DNA from: Abditibacterium sp.
Lineage (GTDB): Bacteria; Armatimonadota; Abditibacteriia; Abditibacteriales; Abditibacteriaceae
DNA: 64,000 bases
Direction of reading: 5' to 3'
NCBI GenBank assembly: GCA_965246885.1
Contig: OZ251992.1
Span: 1,216,001 to 1,280,000 of the forward strand
The position numbers were made by a program, and so were the translations under genes. A model generated the notes under the pieces. The model was not told where the DNA came from. It worked only from the letters and a program-made list of their open reading frames with translations, and did no database searches. Position 1 is the stretch's first letter; each line of letters opens with the position of its first letter. Below, in pieces: positions 16,798-26,924 of the stretch.

Positions 16798-17790
16798 TTA
16801 CCCCCGTCCGTCGCTCTTGACGCTACGCACGAAGACGTCTTCGAGGGTTTCGGAGTAGCCCTTCACGTCGAGGGTGCGCGCGTCTTGGTCGTTGATGAAG
16901 CGCAGAACGGTTTGCAAGCCTTCGCTCGACTGCGCCTCGAACTTGACGTGGCCGTTCTCGCGCACGAAGGGCATTTGCAACCCCTGCGCTTTGGCAAGCG
17001 CGGCGTCGGAGAAGCCTTCGGCGAAGATTTCAAAGTGCTGGCTCGGCCCGACCAGTTCGGCGACGGTGCCGAACTTGACGAGTTTGCCTTCGGACAGAAT
17101 CGCCACGCGGTCGCAAATGCTTTGCACGTCGGCGAGCAAGTGCGAACACATCAACACGGTCTTTCCGGCGTCGCGCACGCGCAAGATGGTGTCCTTCATG
17201 CCGCGCGCGCCGATGGGGTCGAGACCCGTTGTCGGTTCGTCCAAGAACAAGAGTTCCGGGTCGTTGAGCAGGGCTTGGGCGAGACCGACGCGTTGCATCA
17301 TGCCCTTGGAGTAGGTGCGAATGACGCGCTTGCGGTCAGCCTTGTTGAGGCCCACCATATCCAGAATCTCCTCGGATTTCTGCTGGCGCACGGCTTTGGA
17401 GTAGCCAAAGAGCTTGCCATAGAAGTCGAGAACTTCGTAGGAGTTCAGGTGGTCGTAAAAGTACGGGCCGTCGGGCAAAAAGCCGATGCGCTGCTTGACG
17501 GCGACATCGCGCGGGCCGCGCCCGAAGATTTCGACGCTGCCACCGGTCGGCTTGATGAGGCCGAGCATGGTTTTGAGCGTGGTGGTTTTGCCCGACCCGT
17601 TGGGGCCGACTAAGCCGAAGATTTCGCCGCGCCGCACGTCAATGGTGAGCGAATGGAGCGCGACTTTGCCCGTGCGCGCGAACGCGGGGCGGTAGGTCTT
17701 GTTCAGGTTGTGAGTTTGAATGATGACTTCGCGGTCACTCGTGGGAACCAAAGTTTCAACGGGCGAGGCGGTGTCTTGTATTTGTGGCAT
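16798..17790 (-). CDS. ABC transporter ATP-binding protein
   Basis: Walker A GPNGSGKTT, signature YSKGM, Walker B LFLDEP and H-loop SHLL. Confidence 0.95.
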   Translation of the reverse strand: MPQIQDTASPVETLVPTSDREVIIQTHNLNKTYRPAFARTGKVALHSLTIDVRRGEIFGLVGPNGSGKTTTLKTMLGLIKPTGGSVEIFGRGPRDVAVKQRIGFLPDGPYFYDHLNSYEVLDFYGKLFGYSKAVRQQKSEEILDMVGLNKADRKRVIRTYSKGMMQRVGLAQALLNDPELLFLDEPTTGLDPIGARGMKDTILRVRDAGKTVLMCSHLLADVQSICDRVAILSEGKLVKFGTVAELVGPSQHFEIFAEGFSDAALAKAQGLQMPFVRENGHVKFEAQSSEGLQTVLRFINDQDARTLDVKGYSETLEDVFVRSVKSDGRG

Positions 17791-17938
17791 AACCACTCCT
17801 TAAGCGAAAATAAGCGCGGGAACACTCGAAATTATAGCAACCAGAAGCACCCAGACGCCCTCGCCGAAAACACGGTTTCCCACGCTCGCGTGAGAATGTG
17901 TCGAGGGAGGACGCCTGACGCGCGGCCTCCTTTCCCCA

Positions 17939-18040
17939 GTCGCCCATATCTGTGCTTCTGTCGCCCATGCCGGTCGTTGGTCGCCAGAGGTGCGCCAAGC
18001 GCTGCCAGAGGTGCGCCAAGCGTCGCCAGAGGTGCGCCGG
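17939..18040. repeat. Tandem array of five ~21-nt units (three GCCAGAGGTGCGCC-core units plus two GTCGCCCAT units)
   Basis: Unit heads at 17939, 17960, 17980, 18001 and 18022; abuts the arfB stop codon. Confidence 0.85.
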
Positions 18041-18460
18041 TCACTCAGTTTCGCTAATGGTGCGAGCGCGTTTGCGGGCGCTCTGGAACCGTTTGTCGTC
18101 GAGCCGCTTGCGGGCGGCGGCGCGCGAGGGTTTAGTGGGGCGGCGCAGGAGCGGGGCGACACTCGCACGCGCGATGAGTTCAATCAAGCGGGCGCGGGCG
18201 GCTTCGCGGTTGCGCTCTTGGGTGCGCGCGGTTTGCGCTTTGAGAATCAGCACGCCCTCGCGGGTGGCGCGCGAGCCAACGAGGATAAGCAGCCGCTCCT
18301 TGACTTCGGGCGGCAAGGAGGGGGAGTTGGCGATGTCGAAGCGCAGTTGAACCGCCGTCGCCACTTTGTTGACGTTTTGCCCGCCCGCGCCCGACGAGCG
18401 CACGAACTCTTCGTGTATCTCGTCTTCGCGCAAGGCGATGTGGGGCGTGATGGGAATCAT
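18041..18460 (-). CDS. arfB: Alternative ribosome rescue peptidyl-tRNA hydrolase ArfB
   Basis: RSSGAGGQNVNKVATAV, RTQERNR and basic tail RRPTKPSRAA. Confidence 0.95.
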   Translation of the reverse strand: MIPITPHIALREDEIHEEFVRSSGAGGQNVNKVATAVQLRFDIANSPSLPPEVKERLLILVGSRATREGVLILKAQTARTQERNREAARARLIELIARASVAPLLRRPTKPSRAAARKRLDDKRFQSARKRARTISETE

Positions 18461-18514
18461 GGCGGTTCAGACGAACGGGTTGGACGCAAAGGCGCGGTTT
18501 TTTGGGCGCGGTGG

Positions 18515-19669
18515 TTACGTGTCCAAGCCCCCATACAACTCCAGCATCTTGCTGGTGTGGTCGGCGATGTGGAAGCGGTTTTCGACGGAGGGGCGGGCGT
18601 TGTGCGCTATGTGAGCGCGCAAGGGCGCGTCCAACAGGACGCGCTTCATGGCGTGAACGAGGCCGTCGGCGGTTTCGGGTTCGACGAGCAGGCCGTCTTC
18701 TTCCGGTTTGATGATCTCTTTGGGGCCGTTGGAGTTCATGGCGATGACGGGCTTTTCCATCGCCATCGCTTCCATGACCACGCGGGCGAACGGCTCATCG
18801 AGCGCGGGGTGGACGAGGCAGTCGAGGGCCGCCATCGCGTCGCCGCCGTCGGTTTGCTGCGGCACGAAGTTGAAGCGGTGCATCAGCTCGGCTTTTTTGA
18901 CTTCGGCGCGCAGTTCTTTGATGTAGCCCTGTTGCTCGCCCCACAAGTCGCCGCCAATGACCACGAAGCGCGCGGTCGCGCAGCCTTGCTCGTGGGCCAG
19001 TTTGTGCGCGGCTTCGATGAAGTCGCGGTGGTTCTTCCAAGGCACCAACTGCCCGACCATGCCGAATACGAACGCAGTGGGCGGAATGGCGAGCAGTTCG
19101 CGCACGACCGAGCGCGGGCGGGGGCGCCACTCGTCGGGGTCGAGGCCGTTGTAGACGACGCTGATTTTGTCGCGCGGCACGCCGTCGCGCTCCAAGGCGT
19201 CGGCGACGCAGTTGGAAATGGCCACGACGCGCGCCGCTTTTTGCGCCAATTGCGGCGCCATCTTGCCAAGGGGCACGAGGTCGCGGCAGTGCCACAGCGC
19301 CGGTTTGCCGGTCTTTTCGCCCGCCAAACCGCCAACGAGGTGGGCGGTGGTGGAGTTGGAGTGGATGATTTTAGCGTTGGCGCCTTGCGCGAGGCGGCAG
19401 ATGTGCGGCGCCGTTTGCATGACATGGAGCAGGGAGGACATGGTGTCGAACAGACCGCGCGGGCGGTGCAAGCGGCGAAGCGGCGCGAGCGTCACGCTCC
19501 AGCCCTCGTCGCGCAGGAGAGTGGTGAGCGCGCCTTCGCCGGGCAGGGCCACAAGCGGGTCAATGGGCGCGTCGGCGCGGCGAAGTCCCCACAACAGCGC
19601 GCGCAGCGAAGCCTCGGCTCCGCTCATTTGCGCGGAGTGGTTCAGATACAAAACGGTGTCTTTGGACAT
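18515..19669 (-). CDS. Glycosyltransferase family 4
   Basis: SGAEASL, IIHSNS, VYNGLD, PWKNH and EPFARVVMEAMA. Start set at MSKDTV. Confidence 0.92.
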   Translation of the reverse strand: MSKDTVLYLNHSAQMSGAEASLRALLWGLRRADAPIDPLVALPGEGALTTLLRDEGWSVTLAPLRRLHRPRGLFDTMSSLLHVMQTAPHICRLAQGANAKIIHSNSTTAHLVGGLAGEKTGKPALWHCRDLVPLGKMAPQLAQKAARVVAISNCVADALERDGVPRDKISVVYNGLDPDEWRPRPRSVVRELLAIPPTAFVFGMVGQLVPWKNHRDFIEAAHKLAHEQGCATARFVVIGGDLWGEQQGYIKELRAEVKKAELMHRFNFVPQQTDGGDAMAALDCLVHPALDEPFARVVMEAMAMEKPVIAMNSNGPKEIIKPEEDGLLVEPETADGLVHAMKRVLLDAPLRAHIAHNARPSVENRFHIADHTSKMLELYGGLDT

Positions 19670-19738
19670 GGTGGTCAAGAGCGCAACGGGACTTCCCCAT
19701 TTTGCCACATTTCGGGCGGTCGGTGAACCCCCGCCTTT

Positions 19739-20572
19739 TCACTTCCCGGCGAGCCACCCCTCCGTTTGCGCGAAAACTTCCTCTTCCCACGCGAGGCCGT
19801 AGAAGGAATGGTTGGCGCCCTCGACCAAATGGAAGCGGCTGATGCGCGGCGAGTGAGCCTCGTAGAAGGCGCGCGCGGCGGGGGTGATGGGGTCGGCACC
19901 GCCGTAAATCTGCCAGATTTCGCCGCCAAACGCGCCCCAGTCTTTCAAACTTTGCGCGCGGAAGCCGGGGGGCAGTTGACCAGCGTCGTCTGACTCGCGG
20001 TTTTTGTGAGCCGCGCCGCCGCCGCCTTGCAGGGCGCTTTTGACGCCCGCCGTGTCCACTTGCCCGCGCAGAACTTTGGCGTAGGTGGCGGGGTTGAGCA
20101 ACTTGCGCGCGTATAGGCGCCAGTTCGCGGCGCGCTTTTGGGCACCTCCGGCGTTTTCGGGCGGCGCGGCGAAGATGGGCGCGCTCCACAAAATGGCGCC
20201 CGCGATGCCCGCTTCGACCGCCGCGACCGCGATCTCGCTTCCCGAACATAAGCCCAGCACCCAGACAGGCCCGCCGCCCTCGCCGCGCACGGACGCGAAC
20301 ACGTCGCGCGCGTCGTCGCGCATGGTGGCAAGCGAAGCGAGGCCGGTGTCGCCCTCGGAGTCGCCGCGCCCCGCGAAATCGAAGCGCACACACTCGAAGC
20401 CCAAAGCGCAAAAGCGCCGCGCCGCGCGGGTCAGCATCTGGTGCGGGCCGCACCGCGTCCCACTCCAGCCGTGCAGCATGACGATGGTGCCGCGCGCTTG
20501 GTCAGCGACGTGGTGCACGCCGACGAGCGTCTCGCCGCGCCGGTTGGGGAGGATGAAGGGGACTTCGGTCAT
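19739..20572 (-). CDS. Alpha/beta hydrolase with a Cys nucleophile elbow
   Basis: RFDFAGRGDSEG, GLCSG, GGADP and EGANHSF. ATGA overlap with the upstream GT1 stop. Confidence 0.82.
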   Translation of the reverse strand: MTEVPFILPNRRGETLVGVHHVADQARGTIVMLHGWSGTRCGPHQMLTRAARRFCALGFECVRFDFAGRGDSEGDTGLASLATMRDDARDVFASVRGEGGGPVWVLGLCSGSEIAVAAVEAGIAGAILWSAPIFAAPPENAGGAQKRAANWRLYARKLLNPATYAKVLRGQVDTAGVKSALQGGGGAAHKNRESDDAGQLPPGFRAQSLKDWGAFGGEIWQIYGGADPITPAARAFYEAHSPRISRFHLVEGANHSFYGLAWEEEVFAQTEGWLAGK

Positions 20573-21840
20573 GGGGTGGAGTGTTGCCGTTCCATAAGTT
20601 TCTCTATTACCTCGCACGCCGCGCGTGGGCCGTCCTCCCAGCGCATACGCTCGCCTATACATACCGCGTGGTGGCTTAACGCCTCATAGTTCTCGAACAG
20701 CGTTTGCACGGCGCGATTCGGATGCTTCCGAAGGGAAAAGCCTAAGCCCAAGCGCGTGATGCGCGCCGCGTGGTCGGGTTGGTCGTGCGCGAAAGGCGCG
20801 ATGATTTGTGGCACGCCCGCGCGAAGCGCCTGTGCCGTCGTGCCGATGCCGCCTTGATGCACCACGCACGCCGCGAGCGGAAAGACCTCCGAATAGGGCG
20901 CGTAGTCGAGAACCAACACTTGCTCTTCCGAGTAAGCGCCGCGCAGTTGGGCCGCGTTTTCGCCCGCAATGAGCAAGGCGCGGCGCCCACTCTCCAAACA
21001 GTCCTCCGCGCCGTCCGTGTAGAAGCTCCCGGCGTCGTGCACTGCCGAACTGCCGAGCGTCCACACGACAGGGGGCGGGCCGTCCGCCATCCACTCGCGC
21101 CAATCTTGCCCCGCGTCGGGCGCCTTTAGGCCCTGCGCGTCATAGAAGCAAAAGCCCGTCGCCTTCGTGTGTGCAGGCCAGTCGCTTTGGGGCGCGCAAA
21201 AGTGGCGCGAAAACAGCGCGAGGTTGCCATACGGCGAGAACTGGCCCGCGAACATCGGGTGTCCGGCGTTTTCGAGGCCCTCGTCGGCCCGCAAACGCTC
21301 GACGGCGGCGACCCAAGGGCGCGTGACCCGCTCCCCCGCGCGCACTTGGACGGCGCCCCACAGGGGGCCGAACACCCGCAGCCAATCGAGGTGCGGCATC
21401 GTCGGCGGGGTGGCGGGGTCGCGGCGGCTCCACAGCGAAATCGGAGCGAGCACGCTCGCCAGCCACCGCTTTCCCAGCTTGCGCGCGACAAGCGGCCCCG
21501 CGAGCGCCGCCGGGTGCGTTATCATCACGTCCGCATCGGCGCTCGCCTCTAGGAGGTCGGCGTAAGCCGCGCGGATGGTGGGCGATAAAAGTTCCTCGAA
21601 CAAAAAGCGCGGCCCGTCGCGCTCATTCATCACGCGCTTGGCGAAGTCGCCGAACTCCCCGTCGGGCGGCAAGTCAGGCGCAACCGCGCGAAACTCCAGT
21701 CCCAGCGCTTCCACTTTCGGGCGGTAGCGCTCCGACGTGGCAATCACCGGCGCATGCCCGCGCGCCTTGGCTTCGAGGGCCAGCGCCAGATACGGGTGCA
21801 AGTCGCCGAGCGAGCCGAAGGTGGAAAAGAGGATTTTCAT
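20569..21840 (-). CDS. Glycosyltransferase family 1 (RhlB/sterol glucosyltransferase-like)
   Basis: GSLGDLHP, WTLGSS, VVHQGGIGTTAQALRAGVP and AHDQPDHA. Confidence 0.92.
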   Translation of the reverse strand: MKILFSTFGSLGDLHPYLALALEAKARGHAPVIATSERYRPKVEALGLEFRAVAPDLPPDGEFGDFAKRVMNERDGPRFLFEELLSPTIRAAYADLLEASADADVMITHPAALAGPLVARKLGKRWLASVLAPISLWSRRDPATPPTMPHLDWLRVFGPLWGAVQVRAGERVTRPWVAAVERLRADEGLENAGHPMFAGQFSPYGNLALFSRHFCAPQSDWPAHTKATGFCFYDAQGLKAPDAGQDWREWMADGPPPVVWTLGSSAVHDAGSFYTDGAEDCLESGRRALLIAGENAAQLRGAYSEEQVLVLDYAPYSEVFPLAACVVHQGGIGTTAQALRAGVPQIIAPFAHDQPDHAARITRLGLGFSLRKHPNRAVQTLFENYEALSHHAVCIGERMRWEDGPRAACEVIEKLMERQHSTP

Positions 21841-21894
21841 GGGCGCAGCGTAGCAAAGAACATCTTAGCGGGGCGAAGCCGCAAACTCTCGTCC

Positions 21895-22272
21895 ATGAAA
21901 CGCCCCTCATGGAAAACGGCGCTGTGGTTCTGCCTGCCCTTCGTGATTCTGGCGGGCATGGCTTGGCTCTCGCGCCGCGCGCTGCAACTCCCCAAGAACA
22001 ACGGCTTCTTCGCGGCGGAGGTCAAGCAAAGAATCCCCGTCGGGATGCCGCTCCGTCAGGCCAAAGAGCTTTTGCGGGGCAACGGGTTTGAAACAGGCCA
22101 TTATGTCCAAACCATCGCGCTCGGACGACCTGCCACTGCGGTGAAATTCACGCGCATGCAGAACGATTTCCCGCGTTTCCTCAACAAGAATGGGTGGGAG
22201 GTTGATCTGTGGGTCAAAAACGGGCGCGTCGCCCATGCACAGGGCGGCTATTACTACAGTAGGTGGGACTGA
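21895..22272 (+). CDS. Small membrane-anchored hypothetical protein
   Basis: MKRPSWKTALWFCLPFVILAGMAWL hydrophobic segment followed by a soluble domain (IPVGMPLRQAKELL). Confidence 0.6.
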   Translation: MKRPSWKTALWFCLPFVILAGMAWLSRRALQLPKNNGFFAAEVKQRIPVGMPLRQAKELLRGNGFETGHYVQTIALGRPATAVKFTRMQNDFPRFLNKNGWEVDLWVKNGRVAHAQGGYYYSRWD

Positions 22273-22320
22273 GCCGCGCACTGGCCTTGTGTTCCTCCGA
22301 GCCTTCCTACACTTGCGCCC

Positions 22321-23511
22321 ATGAATCCGAAATCGCTCGATGCGGTTGTGTTGCGCTATACGGGGTTTGCGCTGTTGTTCGTGAGCCTTGCGGTGATGCT
22401 GTATCTGGTGCGCGGGGTGCTGCCGGTGTTTATTGTCGGCGGGGTCATCGCGTATGCGTTGGAGCCGCTCCTGCAAAAGCTGGAAAAGCGCGGGCGCTCG
22501 CGGGGCAAGGCGGTGGGGTTTGTGTTTGGTATTTACGTTCTGCTGCTGCTGGTAGCGTTTTCGCTGTTGGCGACGGCAGTACAGCAGGGGCAGTCGCTCG
22601 TAGAGCGCGGGCCGGAACTGTTTAAAAGCGCCTCGAAGCTGGTGACGACGACGCAGACGCGCTTGCAGAAGCTGCCTTTGTTGCCGTCGGTGCGCGACGC
22701 GGTGAACAACGCCATCACGTCCGCGACGGCGTCGGTGTCGAAAAGCGCTCCCACGTATGTGCGCGATGTGGGGCTAAACGTCGTGCAGGGCACGGGCTTA
22801 TTCGTGTTTTCGGTGTTCCTGATTACGCTGATTTCTTTTGGCCTGATGCTCGAAGCGCCGCGTCTCAAAGGGCGGCTGATGATGTTGATTCCCCCTCCCA
22901 ACCGGCGGGATATGACGCGGCTGTCGGCCTCGATTAACGAACTGCTGGGCCGCTACGTGCGCGGGCAGATGGTGGTGTGCGCGACGTTCGGGGCGCTGTG
23001 CACTGTTGCCTTCGAGGTGCTCAACCACGTCTACGGGATGCAGTATCCGCTCGTCTTGGGAGCAATGGCAGCGATTCTTTACATTCTGCCCTACTTCGGG
23101 CTGGCGCTCGTGATGGCGGTAGCCACGCTGACGGCGTATCTAACGGCTACGCCCGGACACGGGCTAATCTGCGCGGCGCTCACTTTTGGTTTATGCATCG
23201 CTTTCAACCTGACGGTGGACTACGGTGTGGCACCACGCGTGTTGGGGCGGGGCGTGGGGTTACATCCCCTTGTAGTTATCTTCGCCATTTTGTGCGGCTT
23301 CGAGTTGGGCGGGCCAATCGGCTCCATTTTAGGCGTGCCAGTCGTCGCGTCGCTGCGGGTGATTTTTATCTATTTGTTCCCGCAACTCGTCGCGCCGCTT
23401 CCCGAAGACTCGCCCGAAGCGACCAGCCAAGGCACCCGCCACTCTCCCACGACGGAGATGGTGAGACGCGTGGCCAAGGCGGAATCGAGCGTGCACCGCG
23501 AAGCGATATAG
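22321..23511 (+). CDS. AI-2E family transporter
   Basis: IAYALEP, YVRGQ, ILPYFG, PRVLGRGVGLHP and GGPIGSILGVP. Confidence 0.92.
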   Translation: MNPKSLDAVVLRYTGFALLFVSLAVMLYLVRGVLPVFIVGGVIAYALEPLLQKLEKRGRSRGKAVGFVFGIYVLLLLVAFSLLATAVQQGQSLVERGPELFKSASKLVTTTQTRLQKLPLLPSVRDAVNNAITSATASVSKSAPTYVRDVGLNVVQGTGLFVFSVFLITLISFGLMLEAPRLKGRLMMLIPPPNRRDMTRLSASINELLGRYVRGQMVVCATFGALCTVAFEVLNHVYGMQYPLVLGAMAAILYILPYFGLALVMAVATLTAYLTATPGHGLICAALTFGLCIAFNLTVDYGVAPRVLGRGVGLHPLVVIFAILCGFELGGPIGSILGVPVVASLRVIFIYLFPQLVAPLPEDSPEATSQGTRHSPTTEMVRRVAKAESSVHREAI

Positions 23512-23515
23512 CGCC

Positions 23516-25048
23516 TTAGCCGCCCGGCTTGCTCGCTCGCTGTAGCACGAGGACATCTCCGTTTTTGAACGCGACGCGCCAATCCGGGTCGGCAAGCAGT
23601 TGTTCTTGCACGGCGTGGCGCGTGCTGGTCGGCGCTTTCGAGCGCGGCCAGAAAATCCAGTCGGCGCGCGTCCCGAACGCCGCAAGGTCGGCCTGCATTT
23701 GCGCCCACGAACGGAGCGTGAATATCCGCTTGTAGTGGCTCTGCTGCGCGGCGAAGGTGCCCTTGGGCAACCACTCGGCGCCTTGCACCGTAAGCGGCGC
23801 GGCGCGGCGGGCGAGCGCCGGGAACCACTCGCCTTCCAAGTCAATGGGCCAACTGGGGCTGCGATTGATGGGCATCACGACAAAGCGCGCCTGCTGGGGT
23901 GAGTTGGCGGCGCACCACGCCATCGCCGCGCGCGTATCCGGAGACAACACCCGCAGCGCCAAGACGGAGCTACTCGCTTGCAGCAACAGCCAACCCGTCG
24001 CGCCCAGAAACAGCGCGCGGCGCGGCAGGCGCGGGAGTGACACCACGAACCCCGCCGCCGCAAGCGCAATCGGCAGCGAAATAAACGCCACGCCCGACCG
24101 AAGCTCCAGCGCCCAAATCACCAAATACCACACCCACAAAAACGGTGCGCGCCGACGCCCCAGCACCAGCACACCGCCCAGCGCGAAACACACCAGAACC
24201 GGGAACAAACTCTCGCCACCCAATCCCACGCCCAGTTGCGAGGCGTAGCCGTCCATCCAGTCGAGGCCCCCACTGCGCGACGCCGCCCGAAACGGCCCCA
24301 AGCCAAAGCGCATCACGCATGCTCCCCACCAAGGCGCGCACAACAGCGCCCCCATAAGAAAGCACCCCATCAGCGCCCCCAAACCGCGCGCGGTGCGGCC
24401 ATACACCAGCCACACCAGCAGGAGAGCGATAAGCAGAAACCGCGCGCGCTCCAAGTGCGTCGCAAGGGCGAGGGCCACGAACAGCGCAGTGTGAAACCAC
24501 GCTCGCTTTTCTCCGTCGCGCCAAAAGGCAAGGCCGCGCTCCACCCCTAACACGGCGAAGAACAGCCCCGGCGAGCGCGTCAATCCCCCTCCCATCACCA
24601 TCCACAGATACCCGTTGGGCGTGAGCGCCCAAAACAGCGCCGCCACGCCCGCCATCATCTCGCCTTCTTTCTCGGCTGCGAACACGCGCCGCGCCAAACG
24701 CCACACCGCCCAAATCGTGAGCGTCGAGAAAAGCGGCGGCAGCAAGCGCATCGAAAGCAAAAGCGGCACGCCCGCCAAGTGCAAGAGCGCCGTCAGGTAA
24801 AACGCGAGCGGCGGGTAGCAAAACGGGATCGTCGGAGCAATCGTCGGGTAGGGCAGCGTCGCGGGAAGCGCAGGGAAATGCGCGCTCACTTCCCGCGCCG
24901 CCACTAAGAACATCCCGCCGTCCATCGGCACGAAGCCACCCGTCACCGGCACCCAAAAGCGGGCCAGCGCGCCGAAGAGGAGGGCCGCCCACAAAAAATA
25001 AACGCCCCTGAGCGGGAACTGCGGCGCGGCGCGAGGGGAAAAGTGCAA
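23516..25048 (-). CDS. GT-C fold (ArnT/PMT-like) membrane glycosyltransferase
   Basis: DGGMF, PFCYPPLAFY and GGGLTRSPG; many transmembrane segments. Confidence 0.72.
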   Translation of the reverse strand: MHFSPRAAPQFPLRGVYFLWAALLFGALARFWVPVTGGFVPMDGGMFLVAAREVSAHFPALPATLPYPTIAPTIPFCYPPLAFYLTALLHLAGVPLLLSMRLLPPLFSTLTIWAVWRLARRVFAAEKEGEMMAGVAALFWALTPNGYLWMVMGGGLTRSPGLFFAVLGVERGLAFWRDGEKRAWFHTALFVALALATHLERARFLLIALLLVWLVYGRTARGLGALMGCFLMGALLCAPWWGACVMRFGLGPFRAASRSGGLDWMDGYASQLGVGLGGESLFPVLVCFALGGVLVLGRRRAPFLWVWYLVIWALELRSGVAFISLPIALAAAGFVVSLPRLPRRALFLGATGWLLLQASSSVLALRVLSPDTRAAMAWCAANSPQQARFVVMPINRSPSWPIDLEGEWFPALARRAAPLTVQGAEWLPKGTFAAQQSHYKRIFTLRSWAQMQADLAAFGTRADWIFWPRSKAPTSTRHAVQEQLLADPDWRVAFKNGDVLVLQRASKPGG

Positions 25049-25118
25049 GATGCTTTAAATTTATCGCTTTGGTCGCACTTCCAACGCGCCGCGCCGCGCG
25101 CCGGAGCGTCCCTCCCTT

Positions 25119-26258
25119 ATGCACACCGAGTTAGAGCCACTGGTATTGAAGCGCAAATCGGACATCAGCGACATCGCCGCCAAAGTTTTCGCGGGCGAGC
25201 GGCTTTCGTTCGAGGACGGGCGACGCTTGTTCGCGCACCCCGACCTGACGGAGTTGGGCATGCTGGCCGATTTTGCCAGACAGCGCGCCGTGCCCTCGGA
25301 CGACGTGACCTATATCGCGGGCCGCAACATCAACTACACCAACGTCTGCTGGGTCGGCTGCAAGTTCTGCGCGTTCTACGACACCCCCGCTTCCAAGCAG
25401 GGCTACACCTTGTCGCGCGACGTGGTCTTCGCCAAAATCCAAGAGATGGTGGACTTGGGCGGCATCGAAATTCTGCTCCAAGGCGGCCTCAACCCGGCGC
25501 TCAAAATCGGCTATTACGAGGAGTTGTTCAGCGCCATCGGCGAGCGCTTCCCCGGCGTGTGGATACATGGCCTCAGCGTCGCGGAGATTCTTTACATCGC
25601 CAAAATCTCACGCCTCAGCCTTGAAGACACCCTGATTCGCTTGCGCGACGCCGGACTCAAGACCATCCCCGGCGCGGGTGCCGAGATGCTTGTTGACCGC
25701 GTGCGCAAGATCATCGCGCCCTACAAAGACACGACTTTCGAGTGGCTCGACACCATGAAACGCTGGCACCGCTTGGGCGGCCACTCGACGGTCACCATGA
25801 TGTATGGCACGGTCGAAACAACGGACGAGCGGTTAGAGCACATGCTCGCTACCCGCGCCGCGCAGGACGAGAGCTTGGCGAATACAACGGGCGGCTTCAC
25901 GGCGTTCATCGCGTGGAACTTCCAGCCCGACGGCACGCCGCTCGGCGACGAAATCCGCGCCCAAAACCCCCACTGGCGCAAAGCGAGTGGCACCGATTAC
26001 CTGCGCACCGTCGCCATCGGACGCCTGATGCTCGACAACATCCCGCACCACCAAGCCAGTTGGGTGACGCAAGGCCCCAAAATCGCGCAGATTGCGCTGG
26101 GCTTCGGCTTGGACGACTTCGGCTCAACGATGATGGAAGAGAACGTCGTGAGCGCCGCAGGCACTGACTTTGTGATGCCCATCAGCGAAATCCAGCGCCT
26201 CATTCAAGAAGCCGGGCACACCCCCGCCAAGCGCGACACACTTTACCGCCGGGTGTGA
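25119..26258 (+). CDS. mqnC: Cyclic dehypoxanthine futalosine synthase (radical SAM)
   Basis: RNINYTNVCWVGCKFCAF, ILLQGG, IPGAGAEML, ASWVTQG and DFGSTMMEENVVSAAG. Confidence 0.93.
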   Translation: MHTELEPLVLKRKSDISDIAAKVFAGERLSFEDGRRLFAHPDLTELGMLADFARQRAVPSDDVTYIAGRNINYTNVCWVGCKFCAFYDTPASKQGYTLSRDVVFAKIQEMVDLGGIEILLQGGLNPALKIGYYEELFSAIGERFPGVWIHGLSVAEILYIAKISRLSLEDTLIRLRDAGLKTIPGAGAEMLVDRVRKIIAPYKDTTFEWLDTMKRWHRLGGHSTVTMMYGTVETTDERLEHMLATRAAQDESLANTTGGFTAFIAWNFQPDGTPLGDEIRAQNPHWRKASGTDYLRTVAIGRLMLDNIPHHQASWVTQGPKIAQIALGFGLDDFGSTMMEENVVSAAGTDFVMPISEIQRLIQEAGHTPAKRDTLYRRV

Positions 26259-26273
26259 CAACACGCCCCACCC

Positions 26274-26843
26274 CTACGCTTGCACGCGCGCCACGATTTG
26301 CGGGAAGAACTCCAAGAACTCGGCTGTATACTCCCCTTCGCCATCGGCGAAGGTCGCCCACGCATCCTCCCCGGAAGGCGCGCGGGGTGAGCGGCGCCGG
26401 ACGCGGTTGAGGGCGTAACGCACGCCATCGGGATGGGCATACGAGCAAAGCCAATCGTCGGCGATCATGGCGGGGACGACGCCTTGCATGGGGGCAGGCA
26501 TTTGGTCGCGGCGCGCGCCCAACTCGGCGTAAACCCACCCGGCGAAGTCGGGAAGCGTCTGGGCGTGGAACTGCCCCCAGTTGCGGGCGAGCAGATGGTC
26601 GTAAAAGACATCCACCAACACGGCGGAGTAGTGGCGGTAGAAGGGGAACAAGCGGGCGCGGCTTCTGGCCACGACGGGGTGCGAGTCCATGAAGTGGTCA
26701 ATAGCATAATGCCGCTCGACGCCCGCCAAGACGCGCGGGTGAGCCGAAAACGGCGGGTCGGGGCGCAGGAAATCGGTCATCAAATTTCCCAGCAGCAAGT
26801 CGCCATCATCCCCGGACAAAAGCGCGTGAGCAAGGAAATTCAT
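26274..26843 (-). CDS. acpH: ACP phosphodiesterase
   Basis: MNFLAH, GNLMTDF, HYAIDHFMDSHP and DVFYDHLLA. Confidence 0.9.
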   Translation of the reverse strand: MNFLAHALLSGDDGDLLLGNLMTDFLRPDPPFSAHPRVLAGVERHYAIDHFMDSHPVVARSRARLFPFYRHYSAVLVDVFYDHLLARNWGQFHAQTLPDFAGWVYAELGARRDQMPAPMQGVVPAMIADDWLCSYAHPDGVRYALNRVRRRSPRAPSGEDAWATFADGEGEYTAEFLEFFPQIVARVQA

Positions 26844-26924
26844 GGGGAAAGCATAGCCTTCTCCCTCAAATCGGCGCGCGGAGGAAGCGCAAGGGCGCCA
26901 CTTGTGTCTAAGGACGCAGCCGCT

